Of a DNA stretch of 40,793 nt, positions 28,004 to 35,334 are shown piece after piece. This stretch comes from a virus. Its lineage: Duplodnaviria > Caudoviricetes. Below the pieces are notes generated by a model, which worked only from the letters and a program-made list of their open reading frames with translations, did not search any database and was not told the DNA's origin. Numbering within the stretch: the first letter of the stretch is position 1; every line of letters starts with the position of its first letter. The stretch spans positions 1 through 40,793 of the IMG/VR virus record IMGVR_UViG_3300036987_000548. The stretch is one strand, 5' to 3'. Made by a program: the position numbers and the translations under genes.

Positions 28004-28235
28004 CCAGTCCCCCCTGCTCATATTTGGTCTGACACGGCACACAGCGGATTGCCGCTGGATTTGCTTTCAGGCGCTTCGCCGGTATCGGTTTGCCGCAATC
28101 CAGGCATGACCGCCCGGCATGCACCAGTTTTCGCTTCACAATCGACGCTGCCCGCTTCACTTCCGCCAAATGTTCTTTCAGCGCCGCATCCCGAAACAAT
28201 TCATCATTTGCCTGCGCCTGGTCAAAAACATCCAT
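27996..28235 (-). CDS. TraR/DksA-family C4 zinc-finger protein
   Basis: MDVFDQAQ (DxxDxA) and CLDC...IPAKRL...CVPCQ. Confidence 0.92.
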   Translation of the reverse strand: MDVFDQAQANDELFRDAALKEHLAEVKRAASIVKRKLVHAGRSCLDCGKPIPAKRLKANPAAIRCVPCQTKYEQGGLDG

Positions 28236-28670
28236 TTACTTCCCTTCGTTTTTGCTTGCCCCGCTCATTTCTTCAAACGTCGCCATGACCTTATGTTTAT
28301 GAAAGTATTTCCAGGCGACGAGAACTACAGAATATTTAATCCACCGGCGAACCCACAAGCTAAATGCCCCCAGCAATGTTTCCCTATCCGGCATTCCGTC
28401 CCGGCACTTCATAACCTCTAAATAAACGTCCGCCGCCTGCTTTTTGGTGACTACCGGCACACTGTCCATCCGGCAGAGATAATCATGAATTACGCCGCCT
28501 CGTTTTGAGGTGCCCTGGACGACCGGCACACTCTCGTAGTCATGCACAAACCCGACAGGGCAGGTAATAACGCAACCCAGGACATCTGATTCAACGGCAA
28601 ACGGCGCATGAATCCGCGAATATTTGTATGTGATATCCTCATTGATTAAAGGCGTCAGAATTTTGGCCAT
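28236..28670 (-). CDS. DUF1353 family protein
   Basis: PVGFVHDYESVP...VIHDYLC...AADVYLEVM. Confidence 0.85.
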   Translation of the reverse strand: MAKILTPLINEDITYKYSRIHAPFAVESDVLGCVITCPVGFVHDYESVPVVQGTSKRGGVIHDYLCRMDSVPVVTKKQAADVYLEVMKCRDGMPDRETLLGAFSLWVRRWIKYSVVLVAWKYFHKHKVMATFEEMSGASKNEGK

Positions 28671-28747
28671 CTACTTTCTCCTGCCTCTCGTTTATCGCGG
28701 ACCCGGGCGCGTTCTCCGTGGTACACCCGGGCCCAAGCTAAAGGAGT

Positions 28748-29227
28748 TTATGAAATATCCTCAAAGTGAGACATGTCCGGAGTTTTAAAACGTCCACCCC
28801 AGCGCAGGCCCACCGACTCTCCTATTTTCCCGGCCTCGATATAATCGGGCTCGTTGTCCTTGTTAACGTCCACTTTCAGGTCCCAAACCGGCTTGCCGCC
28901 CGGCGCGATCGCAAAATCAAAAGCCCGCGATTTGTCGTTGTCCGGATTGCCGTCATCAAGGTCGATCAGGTGTTTTGATTGCAGTGTCCAGGTCACTTTG
29001 TATTTGTTTTGCTCTGAGGTGATCGGCGGAAGACCGGCCATATGGCGCAGTTCGTTTGTATCGAAAAGCAATTCGCGGCCCTGGGCATAAAGGGCAACAT
29101 GCTCTTTAACCGTGCGGGCCGTGCAGGTAATCATAGCGGGAATACCCCTGCTGAGAGCGATAATCATGAAAGCTTTGATCTTGGCCTGTAATGATGGTGT
29201 GCAATCTTTGATGTCGCGTGATGCCAT
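28748..29227 (-). CDS. Endolysin, peptidase M15 family
   Basis: LYAQGR, VTWT, SKH, AFD, LRWGGRF, DMSHFE zinc-peptidase motifs. Confidence 0.9.
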   Translation of the reverse strand: MASRDIKDCTPSLQAKIKAFMIIALSRGIPAMITCTARTVKEHVALYAQGRELLFDTNELRHMAGLPPITSEQNKYKVTWTLQSKHLIDLDDGNPDNDKSRAFDFAIAPGGKPVWDLKVDVNKDNEPDYIEAGKIGESVGLRWGGRFKTPDMSHFEDIS

Positions 29228-29254
29228 AATTTCTCTCCGCTGCCGCCGCGAAAT

Positions 29255-29313
29255 AAAAAAGCCCGGCTATCCGGGGACACGTAACAAGTACATGTCCCCA
29301 AACAACCGGGCTT
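29255..29313 (-). terminator. Long intrinsic terminator / attenuator in the late-operon leader
   Basis: 24-bp stem (29259-29282/29290-29313) that pairs fully with G-U only on the - strand, 7-nt loop, then UUUUUUAUUU; about 30 nt before the endolysin ATG. Confidence 0.75.
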
Positions 29314-29382
29314 CAGGAGCCTACTTTGCAAAATGGGCGGTCAGGCCGCCTCAAAAATTGTAAAGATCAACTATTTGAGTCT

Positions 29383-29411
29383 TTTATAAACCAACAAAAT
29401 TGAAAAATCAA
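29383..29411 (-). promoter_or_regulatory. Putative late/lysis promoter
   Basis: TTGATT-N17-TATAAA on the - strand. Confidence 0.6.
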
Positions 29412-29497
29412 GCTATTTTTACAAAAATTTGCAATTTATTTTAATTTGTTCTATATTAAAAAATTTTGCTATGCATTATACGGGAAAAGGACAAAAT

Positions 29498-29522
29498 AAT
29501 AGGGCTGAGTTACAGCCCTATT
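29498..29522 (-). terminator. Intrinsic terminator closing the moron
   Basis: AATAGGGCTG-agtta-CAGCCCTATT palindrome, followed on the - strand by ATTTTG. Confidence 0.65.
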
Positions 29523-29530
29523 GTGAATCT

Positions 29531-30427
29531 CTATTCCAGTGTCAACTTGAGTTGCCGTGCGGCGCTTTTGTGATCTAACACCTTTAACGCTTCATATTCC
29601 GTTTTGATTCCGTCTTTTGTTTCCCATGTTATAATTTTAAGGGCCAATTCCAAAATATCTCCTTTAGAAAAGGCTATCAGATTATCATTTACCTTGCGTA
29701 AAAATTCTTCATCTTTGATCGTAACAAAAAAGGTATTTGATCCATCAGACAAACGCCACTTATTGTCTTCCTTGAAACTCAATGAATGTATGGAATACAA
29801 TGCCGTGGTATCCTTTTCCTGGATAATCTCTTCGGCGATATCGGGTGTGCGAAAATATTTATATTCACTTTTTTCGATCACTTCTATGACTTGCTGGTTA
29901 TCCTTGACGATAAACTTATCAATGCCTTCAACAGATAAAGGTTTAACAACGTTTTCCGCCTGCTGCCTGACCTTCAGGTCGCGGTAAAGGTCAAATACTT
30001 CCTTCGTGACAATTTCAATTTCATCTGTAAAATCTATTTCGATGTTACCATCTTGTAAGATTTTCGCCTTCCTGGGTTGTCGTCCTTTTGCCTTTTTAAT
30101 TAGATAAAACAATCCCTTAAAACCTAATACGGAAAAGCCTAAGAATTGAACAAGATTAGCAGCGGCAGTAGCTTGCTTGCCGGAAAGCATCTCAATTAAC
30201 TGTGTAGCGAAGCCCTGGATAACTTCAAAGGAAATACCGAAAGAGCCATCTTCGAATTTCTTTACTTTAACGGACACTTCGGTCTTGCCATCGTTTAGTA
30301 CGCGATTGCTTTCTTCCAGAAGAGATCCCATCGCTAAAAGAGCTGGGGCAAGCTCCCTGACATCCATCTGTCCGCTTTCAAGGATATCACCGCTGTAAAA
30401 TACTTTAAATGAAGTCTTACTATTCAT
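29531..30427 (-). CDS. Uncharacterised AT-rich moron protein (possible C-terminal OB-like domain)
   Basis: 298 aa; MDVRELAPALLA...GSFGI and FKEDNKWRLSDG...FSKGDIL; no Shine-Dalgarno sequence, possible leaderless promoter. Confidence 0.75.
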   Translation of the reverse strand: MNSKTSFKVFYSGDILESGQMDVRELAPALLAMGSLLEESNRVLNDGKTEVSVKVKKFEDGSFGISFEVIQGFATQLIEMLSGKQATAAANLVQFLGFSVLGFKGLFYLIKKAKGRQPRKAKILQDGNIEIDFTDEIEIVTKEVFDLYRDLKVRQQAENVVKPLSVEGIDKFIVKDNQQVIEVIEKSEYKYFRTPDIAEEIIQEKDTTALYSIHSLSFKEDNKWRLSDGSNTFFVTIKDEEFLRKVNDNLIAFSKGDILELALKIITWETKDGIKTEYEALKVLDHKSAARQLKLTLE

Positions 30428-30478
30428 GGCATGAAAGATAACATATTTAGAATTTGCTGCATATAAAAAAGAGTATAA

Positions 30479-31150
30479 TTATTTTATGGCGATAAGAGCT
30501 GCGAGGATAGCCAAGCCAATGGTCAATACAATTGGCACCACCCATTTCATATTTTTAACTTCTTGGGATAGCTGCCCCACGTTGGAACTAAGAGATCGCA
30601 ATGTCGTTATCACTTCTGACAAGGCCATTCCTTCGGTTTCTGTAATAGCCTCGATCTCTTCAGGCCCTAGTTCCATCTTGCCCTGATAAGCTCCGTCATA
30701 AGGCTTTGTGGACGGCTCTTCGAGTCGATGAAACTCCACCGAAACAAGATCATCTTTGTATGGTACAGAAATAGGCCGCGGGGTTAGATTGGTAATACCA
30801 AGGATTAATTTCCCATGATACCCTGGATCTATTTGCGGCCCTGTTGTGGCGATAAGACCCTTACGAGCATATTTGGAGCGTAAGCCAAAGCGACCAGCGT
30901 ACTGAGGCCCCAGCCTTAATTCTTCCAGAACGGTAACCACTGCAAAATCTCCCGGTTGCAGGAGTATAAATCCGTTGCTTTTGATATCCACGAGTTTTTT
31001 TGAGCTTGTTGTTGCTCCTTGAGCTCCAACTCGAAAATCATACGTTGCGGCTTGCACTTGGCCCGGCTCAAAAGGGTTAATCAAAATATCCCCTTTGCGA
31101 TATGCCTCTTCAATCTGCCTGTTTGTGAGTATCATGATAGAATCCTCCAT
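30479..31150 (-). CDS. dCTP deaminase / dUTPase-fold protein with a C-terminal coiled coil and TM helix
   Basis: ATYDFRVG, RSKYARKGL, IDPGYHG, PYDGAYQG; ends WVVPIVLTIGLAILAALIAIK; true start may be the MILTN ATG behind GGAGG. Confidence 0.85.
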   Translation of the reverse strand: MEDSIMILTNRQIEEAYRKGDILINPFEPGQVQAATYDFRVGAQGATTSSKKLVDIKSNGFILLQPGDFAVVTVLEELRLGPQYAGRFGLRSKYARKGLIATTGPQIDPGYHGKLILGITNLTPRPISVPYKDDLVSVEFHRLEEPSTKPYDGAYQGKMELGPEEIEAITETEGMALSEVITTLRSLSSNVGQLSQEVKNMKWVVPIVLTIGLAILAALIAIK

Positions 31151-31194
31151 TTTGGTTGAGAAGCTAAAAGGGTTGATTCTTTTAACGCGTTTTT

Positions 31195-31224
31195 AATCTA
31201 GAACGTCCGTTCTGTTTTTGTCAA
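31195..31224 (-). promoter_or_regulatory. Moron promoter with a palindromic operator in the spacer
   Basis: TTGACA-N18-TAGATT; AGAAC-GTCC-GTTCT at 31200-31213. Confidence 0.6.
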
Positions 31225-31309
31225 GTGAATTCTAAGTGCGTCTATGTTTCTTAACTATATGGCTTATATAAAAATAATCAAGAAAATATTTTTGATTTAA
31301 AATGAATCA

Positions 31310-31492
31310 CTACCCTTTTTCCCCGTCTTTTTCTGCATATACCCAGTGGCCGCAGTGCTTGCATTTAACGCGGAATCGCTCTGCATCTGCTTCCAGAATA
31401 ATGTGGCGACAGATCGGGCAAACAAACACAGTACCTGGATTGCATTCCATTTTTTGTTTTTTAGCAATAACCTTATAGCCGGGATTCATCAT
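31310..31492 (-). CDS. Com-like zinc-ribbon protein
   Basis: CPICRHIILEADAERFRVKCKHCG has the CxxC-x15-CxxC layout of Mu Com-type proteins. Confidence 0.6.
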   Translation of the reverse strand: MMNPGYKVIAKKQKMECNPGTVFVCPICRHIILEADAERFRVKCKHCGHWVYAEKDGEKG

Positions 31493-32052
31493 TTGCCACC
31501 CGCAATGCTTTTGATTATATGACCGACGCGGGTTAAGTTTGATTCGATCTGCTCGGGTGAGAGCGTTTTTTCATCAACTTCCGGGGACTCAATGCGCTCC
31601 CTGCCGCATCCCGCCGCCTGCCGCTGCTCGCGCCCGCGCAGATCCTTCTCCACTGCCCGCGATTGATCCTTCCCCTCTCGCTCGGAGATGGTGATCATGA
31701 TTTTCTTTAAATAGTTGTGGTTCTCGAGATGATCGGTAAAGTTCTTTTTAATACAGATATCCAGGGCCTCGGCTATCCCGGCATGGCTGATCTTATATTG
31801 CTGGTTTTTACCGTAAGAAAAAGCCTGAGCATCAAAGAGGCGCTTCATTTCTTCAATCAGAAGGCGCAGTTTTTTTGCCTTTAGCTTGAATGGTGTCACC
31901 CCGAATAATTGGCAATAACCCATGACCAGGTGAGAGTATTTAGTGCCGAATGACGGCAAAGCCTGAAAGACGAATTGCAAATCCTTATCCATTTGTATTT
32001 CCATAAGATCGAGTTCCTTTCTACAGTAGGGGCAGTTAAAATTTAAGCCCAT
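31489..32052 (-). CDS. Hypothetical early/middle protein with N-terminal CPxC
   Basis: 187 aa, overlaps both neighbours; LENHNYLKKI. Confidence 0.75.
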   Translation of the reverse strand: MGLNFNCPYCRKELDLMEIQMDKDLQFVFQALPSFGTKYSHLVMGYCQLFGVTPFKLKAKKLRLLIEEMKRLFDAQAFSYGKNQQYKISHAGIAEALDICIKKNFTDHLENHNYLKKIMITISEREGKDQSRAVEKDLRGREQRQAAGCGRERIESPEVDEKTLSPEQIESNLTRVGHIIKSIAGGK

Positions 32053-32219
32053 TCTTCACATCCCTTTCGTTCTCCGGGTTGATCCTCGCCGTCCGGGAAC
32101 CAGAATCGTTTTTTCAGGCAACAGACCCAGCGCCAGCCGCTGGGGTTGCCCTGTTTCCATCCGTAGTGGCTGCAAGTTGCGCAGATCCGCTCGCGCGGTG
32201 CGGTCAACTCTGGGCTCAT
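32043..32219 (-). CDS. Small Cys-rich protein (58 aa, not in the ORF track)
   Basis: MSPELTAPRERICATCSHY...VCCLKK...GCEEWA; ATGA overlap with the upstream stop. Confidence 0.65.
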   Translation of the reverse strand: MSPELTAPRERICATCSHYGWKQGNPSGWRWVCCLKKRFWFPDGEDQPGERKGCEEWA

Positions 32220-32389
32220 TTCTTATCCTTCTTTACTTTTGCCCATCCACCGCGATCTGTTTTTACGGTGATATCGCAGTTACTGGCTTCCTCTCCATAT
32301 ATAGCGATGGCATGGTCTTTTCCCCATGCGCGTATCTCTCTCCACTCTTCAGTTTTGCGATTAAAGAATCTGTATAAAAATCCGGCCAT
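32216..32389 (-). CDS. Small hypothetical protein (57 aa, not in the ORF track)
   Basis: MAGFLYRFFNRKTEEWREIRAWGKDHAIAIYG...KKDKK; GAGGAG RBS; tiles the gap. Confidence 0.65.
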   Translation of the reverse strand: MAGFLYRFFNRKTEEWREIRAWGKDHAIAIYGEEASNCDITVKTDRGGWAKVKKDKK

Positions 32390-32392
32390 AAT

Positions 32393-32794
32393 CTACTCCT
32401 CGATCAACTCGATGTTTTCATTGTGTGCGATAAAGTGCCGTTTCAGAGCGGGAAATGACGTCCAGTGCAGGCCATAATGCCTAATTGTCGCATCTGTATT
32501 GAATCTAAATTCTTTTGATAATTTTTTGTTGAGCTTTGCCCACTTCTTTTTTTGTGCAGCAGAATAAACGTTTACTCGATGAACAGGAAAAAAGCGGAGT
32601 ACCTCTTCGGCGGGATGATCATTATTGAACCATTCCCCTTTCAACCATCCATTGACAAACACCCGAATAGCCAAGCTAAATTGGCTGATTTGAGAGAGTG
32701 AAAGTATAACATCAAAACCATCACACTTAAGATTGACGGGATTGAATTGTGACTTTAGGGCTGTCTCGACTTTTGCCCATTGCTCTTTTGTCAT
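32393..32794 (-). CDS. Hypothetical early protein
   Basis: 133 aa, overlaps the upstream stop. Confidence 0.75.
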   Translation of the reverse strand: MTKEQWAKVETALKSQFNPVNLKCDGFDVILSLSQISQFSLAIRVFVNGWLKGEWFNNDHPAEEVLRFFPVHRVNVYSAAQKKKWAKLNKKLSKEFRFNTDATIRHYGLHWTSFPALKRHFIAHNENIELIEE

Positions 32795-32985
32795 AAAATC
32801 GCCTTATCCGAAATCTCGGTGATGATTTCCCATTCTTTGGGGCTGATCTTGGTTTTAATTCCCCATCTGCGGAAGCGCTCCAGCAAACTTTCGACAAATT
32901 GTTGCTCCCATTTCGTTAGCTCATCCCAATGCTTATCCACTTCCTTTTCCAGCTTGGTGAGCCAGTCGAATTCCTTTGAAGTCAT
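32791..32985 (-). CDS. Hypothetical early protein
   Basis: Start moved to MTSKEF behind an AGGAG RBS; LTKWEQQFVESL...ISPKEWEII. Confidence 0.72.
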   Translation of the reverse strand: MTSKEFDWLTKLEKEVDKHWDELTKWEQQFVESLLERFRRWGIKTKISPKEWEIITEISDKAIL

Positions 32986-32993
32986 AATATCTC

Positions 32994-33338
32994 CTAAATA
33001 AACGCGCATTTCTGCCCGTCTTTTCCGGTATAATACGGAGTTTTACCCGGCTCATAGATTACCGCGCCGGGCTGGCCATGTTTCCGATAAAGACGATTCC
33101 AGGCGCGTTTGGCCGCCGGCGTGTCTTGCTCTTGCTGAATCTGCTGCAAATATCTTTGCTGCTCTGACTGCAATGCGGCGGTGGCCGGTGATTGCATATA
33201 AATCCAGGTCAATCCACCGAGCATGGCGAAGAGCGCCAGCAATATAATGACCATTGCGATTTCCAACGCATAGCTGCGCACCCACAATTCAATATTCAGT
33301 AAATTACCTCTCGTGGCCTTCAGGTTATTTAAGATCAT
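32994..33338 (-). CDS. Single-TM hypothetical protein
   Basis: IAMVIILLALFAMLGGLTWIYM segment; in the early operon. Confidence 0.7.
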   Translation of the reverse strand: MILNNLKATRGNLLNIELWVRSYALEIAMVIILLALFAMLGGLTWIYMQSPATAALQSEQQRYLQQIQQEQDTPAAKRAWNRLYRKHGQPGAVIYEPGKTPYYTGKDGQKCAFI

Positions 33339-33801
33339 AACTGAACTCCTCTTTGGGTTTGCGCTCCGCGCCGATCAGTACAAGTTGAGCATCCGGCCAT
33401 TGCTCGATCGCGTCGCGATCCAGGCTTTCCACGACCTTGATAACTTCCTGGAAGCCCTGGGATTTGCAGGCGGCCAACGCAGTTTTGGGGATACTGACCT
33501 TGTCAACTTTATTGCGGATCAGGCTGCCGGGTGGCAAGTTGACAACATCGGTACCGTCGAAAAGGATGGACTTGTTTTTTTTCATGAGAGACATCAGCGC
33601 TTTTTCGGCAACATTTAGAGCCTCGAATAAATCGCGGCAACACTCCTCATGGTCGCGTGCGATCTGTTCCAGCTTCTCATTATGCATTGCCGTAAGAAAG
33701 TCTATCTGGAACTTATGCGACTTAATGATTTTCAGGAGCTCAATTGCTTGTTCCTGGATTCCGGCTTTCGCCGGAATGACAGCGGTCTTAAGCTGCTTCA
33801 T
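33325..33801 (-). CDS. gam: Gam-like host-nuclease inhibitor
   Basis: Helical N terminus, then IKVVESLDRDAI...LIGAERKPKEEFSY; Mu early-region position. Confidence 0.7.
   Translation of the reverse strand: MKQLKTAVIPAKAGIQEQAIELLKIIKSHKFQIDFLTAMHNEKLEQIARDHEECCRDLFEALNVAEKALMSLMKKNKSILFDGTDVVNLPPGSLIRNKVDKVSIPKTALAACKSQGFQEVIKVVESLDRDAIEQWPDAQLVLIGAERKPKEEFSYDLK
33754..33780 (-). repeat. REP-like palindrome in frame within gam
   Basis: GTCATTCCGGCGAAAGCCGGAATCCAG, translated as VIPAKAGIQ. Confidence 0.85.
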
Positions 33802-34192
33802 CGGGCTTGCCCTCCGATTCCAGTTTGAGCTGGCCCAAATAATTGGGCAGGGTTGTTTTCAGTATCTTCGCATCGCGGCTGAGGATGCGCAGGGCACGGT
33901 ATTTATCGCGGCGGATGAAATCGGCAAGCTCACTGCCGGCTGCCGCCAGATAATAACCGCCGCCGCTGGAAGTTGCCGTGGAGCAGATTGGAATGCCCTC
34001 CTCGCGCATGATGGTGATGAGATGCCGCAGCGCCCTGGTATCGTTGATGCGATGCGACCAGGGACGATCAAAGACGGCCTCATAAAGCGCCGCCATGCCG
34101 ATGGCGTTGCCGGCACTGATATGGCTGGTCAGCTCTGCTAATAAACGGTGTCGATGTTCGGGGCTATCGAGTTCTTCTTTCTTATCTTTCAT
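33788..34192 (-). CDS. Winged-helix DNA-binding protein
   Basis: RALRHLITIMREEGIPICS...GGYYLA. Confidence 0.7.
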   Translation of the reverse strand: MKDKKEELDSPEHRHRLLAELTSHISAGNAIGMAALYEAVFDRPWSHRINDTRALRHLITIMREEGIPICSTATSSGGGYYLAAAGSELADFIRRDKYRALRILSRDAKILKTTLPNYLGQLKLESEGKPDEAA

Positions 34193-34688
34193 TGTTTTCT
34201 CCCTCCTTTATTTTTCCCAGGGCGGCCAGCAGTCGCTCCAGTTTCGCCGCATCCCGGCACCAGGCCAGTTGCGATGTCCCGCATATTTTCAGGGCCAGAC
34301 CGGCCAGGCGTTTTTCGCCATTTTCCAATCCCGCTGCGACCTCCATACAGCGTTTCCGCAGGGCCACAGCCTGTTCAGCTTTTTCCCTTGATCCTTGCGC
34401 CTTGAACCTTACGCCTTCCTTCCAGCCATAGTGTTTGAGCAACTTGACCATATTCTCCAGTTGGATAATTGTCAGATCGGCGGCGGTACTTACTTTAAAC
34501 GCGCGGAGAATCATTTCATATTCGCCGTCATTCAAGCCCATCTGCTTTTTGGCAACGTGGATCTTCGCCAAGAGCCCTTTGCGCTGTCTGGCCTCCGCAT
34601 CGTTTCTCAATGGCGGCGGGCCTTTGCGCTCGTAAACCTGAAAAGGGAAGTCGGTGCCGGGAATAGTTTGTGGGTTCATTTCATGCAC
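34182..34688 (-). CDS. gemA: GemA-like regulatory protein (DUF1018)
   Basis: LAKIHVAKKQMGLNDGEY...STAADLT...LERLLAALGK. Confidence 0.85.
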   Translation of the reverse strand: MHEMNPQTIPGTDFPFQVYERKGPPPLRNDAEARQRKGLLAKIHVAKKQMGLNDGEYEMILRAFKVSTAADLTIIQLENMVKLLKHYGWKEGVRFKAQGSREKAEQAVALRKRCMEVAAGLENGEKRLAGLALKICGTSQLAWCRDAAKLERLLAALGKIKEGENNER

Positions 34689-35194
34689 TCCAGTTTAAAT
34701 TTATCCCTGTTTACGATGTTATAGACCGCCTCGGCCCCGGCCCCATGAGCGCAAAGCCTGCGGCTGATCTGCTGAATATGCCCGTCTTTTTTAAGTCGCC
34801 GGGTGAGTTTGTCCAGCCAGGCACGATCCTGTAATCCGGTAAGGCGCTGCAGATCCGTAATGGCGAAGTTTTGAGACACATACATGGCCTTGAAGATTTT
34901 GCGGTTCAGCTTGCCCTTTAATTCCTTGCGCCAGTCCTGTGTATATAAATATTTCCTTGAAACCCTGCCGGATTGTCGCCGATTACGTTTATCTAAGTAG
35001 GACGCCACCTCACCGCGTTTCACAAAATCTCCCAGGGCCTGGGCCACCTGTTGATGCTGCTCTCCGGTCTGTACGCACAGTGCCTCGCAGATCTGCGGGA
35101 CGGTAAAACGCCGCTGGGCCTTCGTTCCTGTGCGGGATTTCATCCAGTCGCGCAATATTGCCGCCATGCCGGTTTTCGGAATTTTTTCGCTCAT
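34676..35194 (-). CDS. Putative tandem winged-helix protein
   Basis: Start moved to MSEKIP behind a GGAG RBS; FTVPQICEAL and FAITDLQRLTG helix-turn-helix-like segments. Confidence 0.7.
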   Translation of the reverse strand: MSEKIPKTGMAAILRDWMKSRTGTKAQRRFTVPQICEALCVQTGEQHQQVAQALGDFVKRGEVASYLDKRNRRQSGRVSRKYLYTQDWRKELKGKLNRKIFKAMYVSQNFAITDLQRLTGLQDRAWLDKLTRRLKKDGHIQQISRRLCAHGAGAEAVYNIVNRDKFKLECMK

Positions 35195-35196
35195 GC

Positions 35197-35334
35197 TTAT
35201 AATCTCCAGGCGTTCATCAGCGCATTGATCCAATCGGGCAGATACACGATCATTTCCGCGCTCATAAGGCCAAAATAGGCGCTCAATCCGATGAGCGCCA
35301 ACCATCGCTTCAGGTTATCCGTTTTTGAGGACAT
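35197..35334 (-). CDS. Small hydrophobic protein (45 aa, not in the ORF track)
   Basis: MSSKTDNLKRWLALIGLSAYFGLMSAEMIVYLPDWINALMNAWRL; overlaps the end of B and stops 2 nt before the next ATG. Confidence 0.5.
   Translation of the reverse strand: MSSKTDNLKRWLALIGLSAYFGLMSAEMIVYLPDWINALMNAWRL

Noticed and set aside
28699-28734. GC-rich hairpin between the endolysin and DUF1353 genes as a terminator
   Set aside because: No U-tract follows; at most an mRNA-stabilising stem
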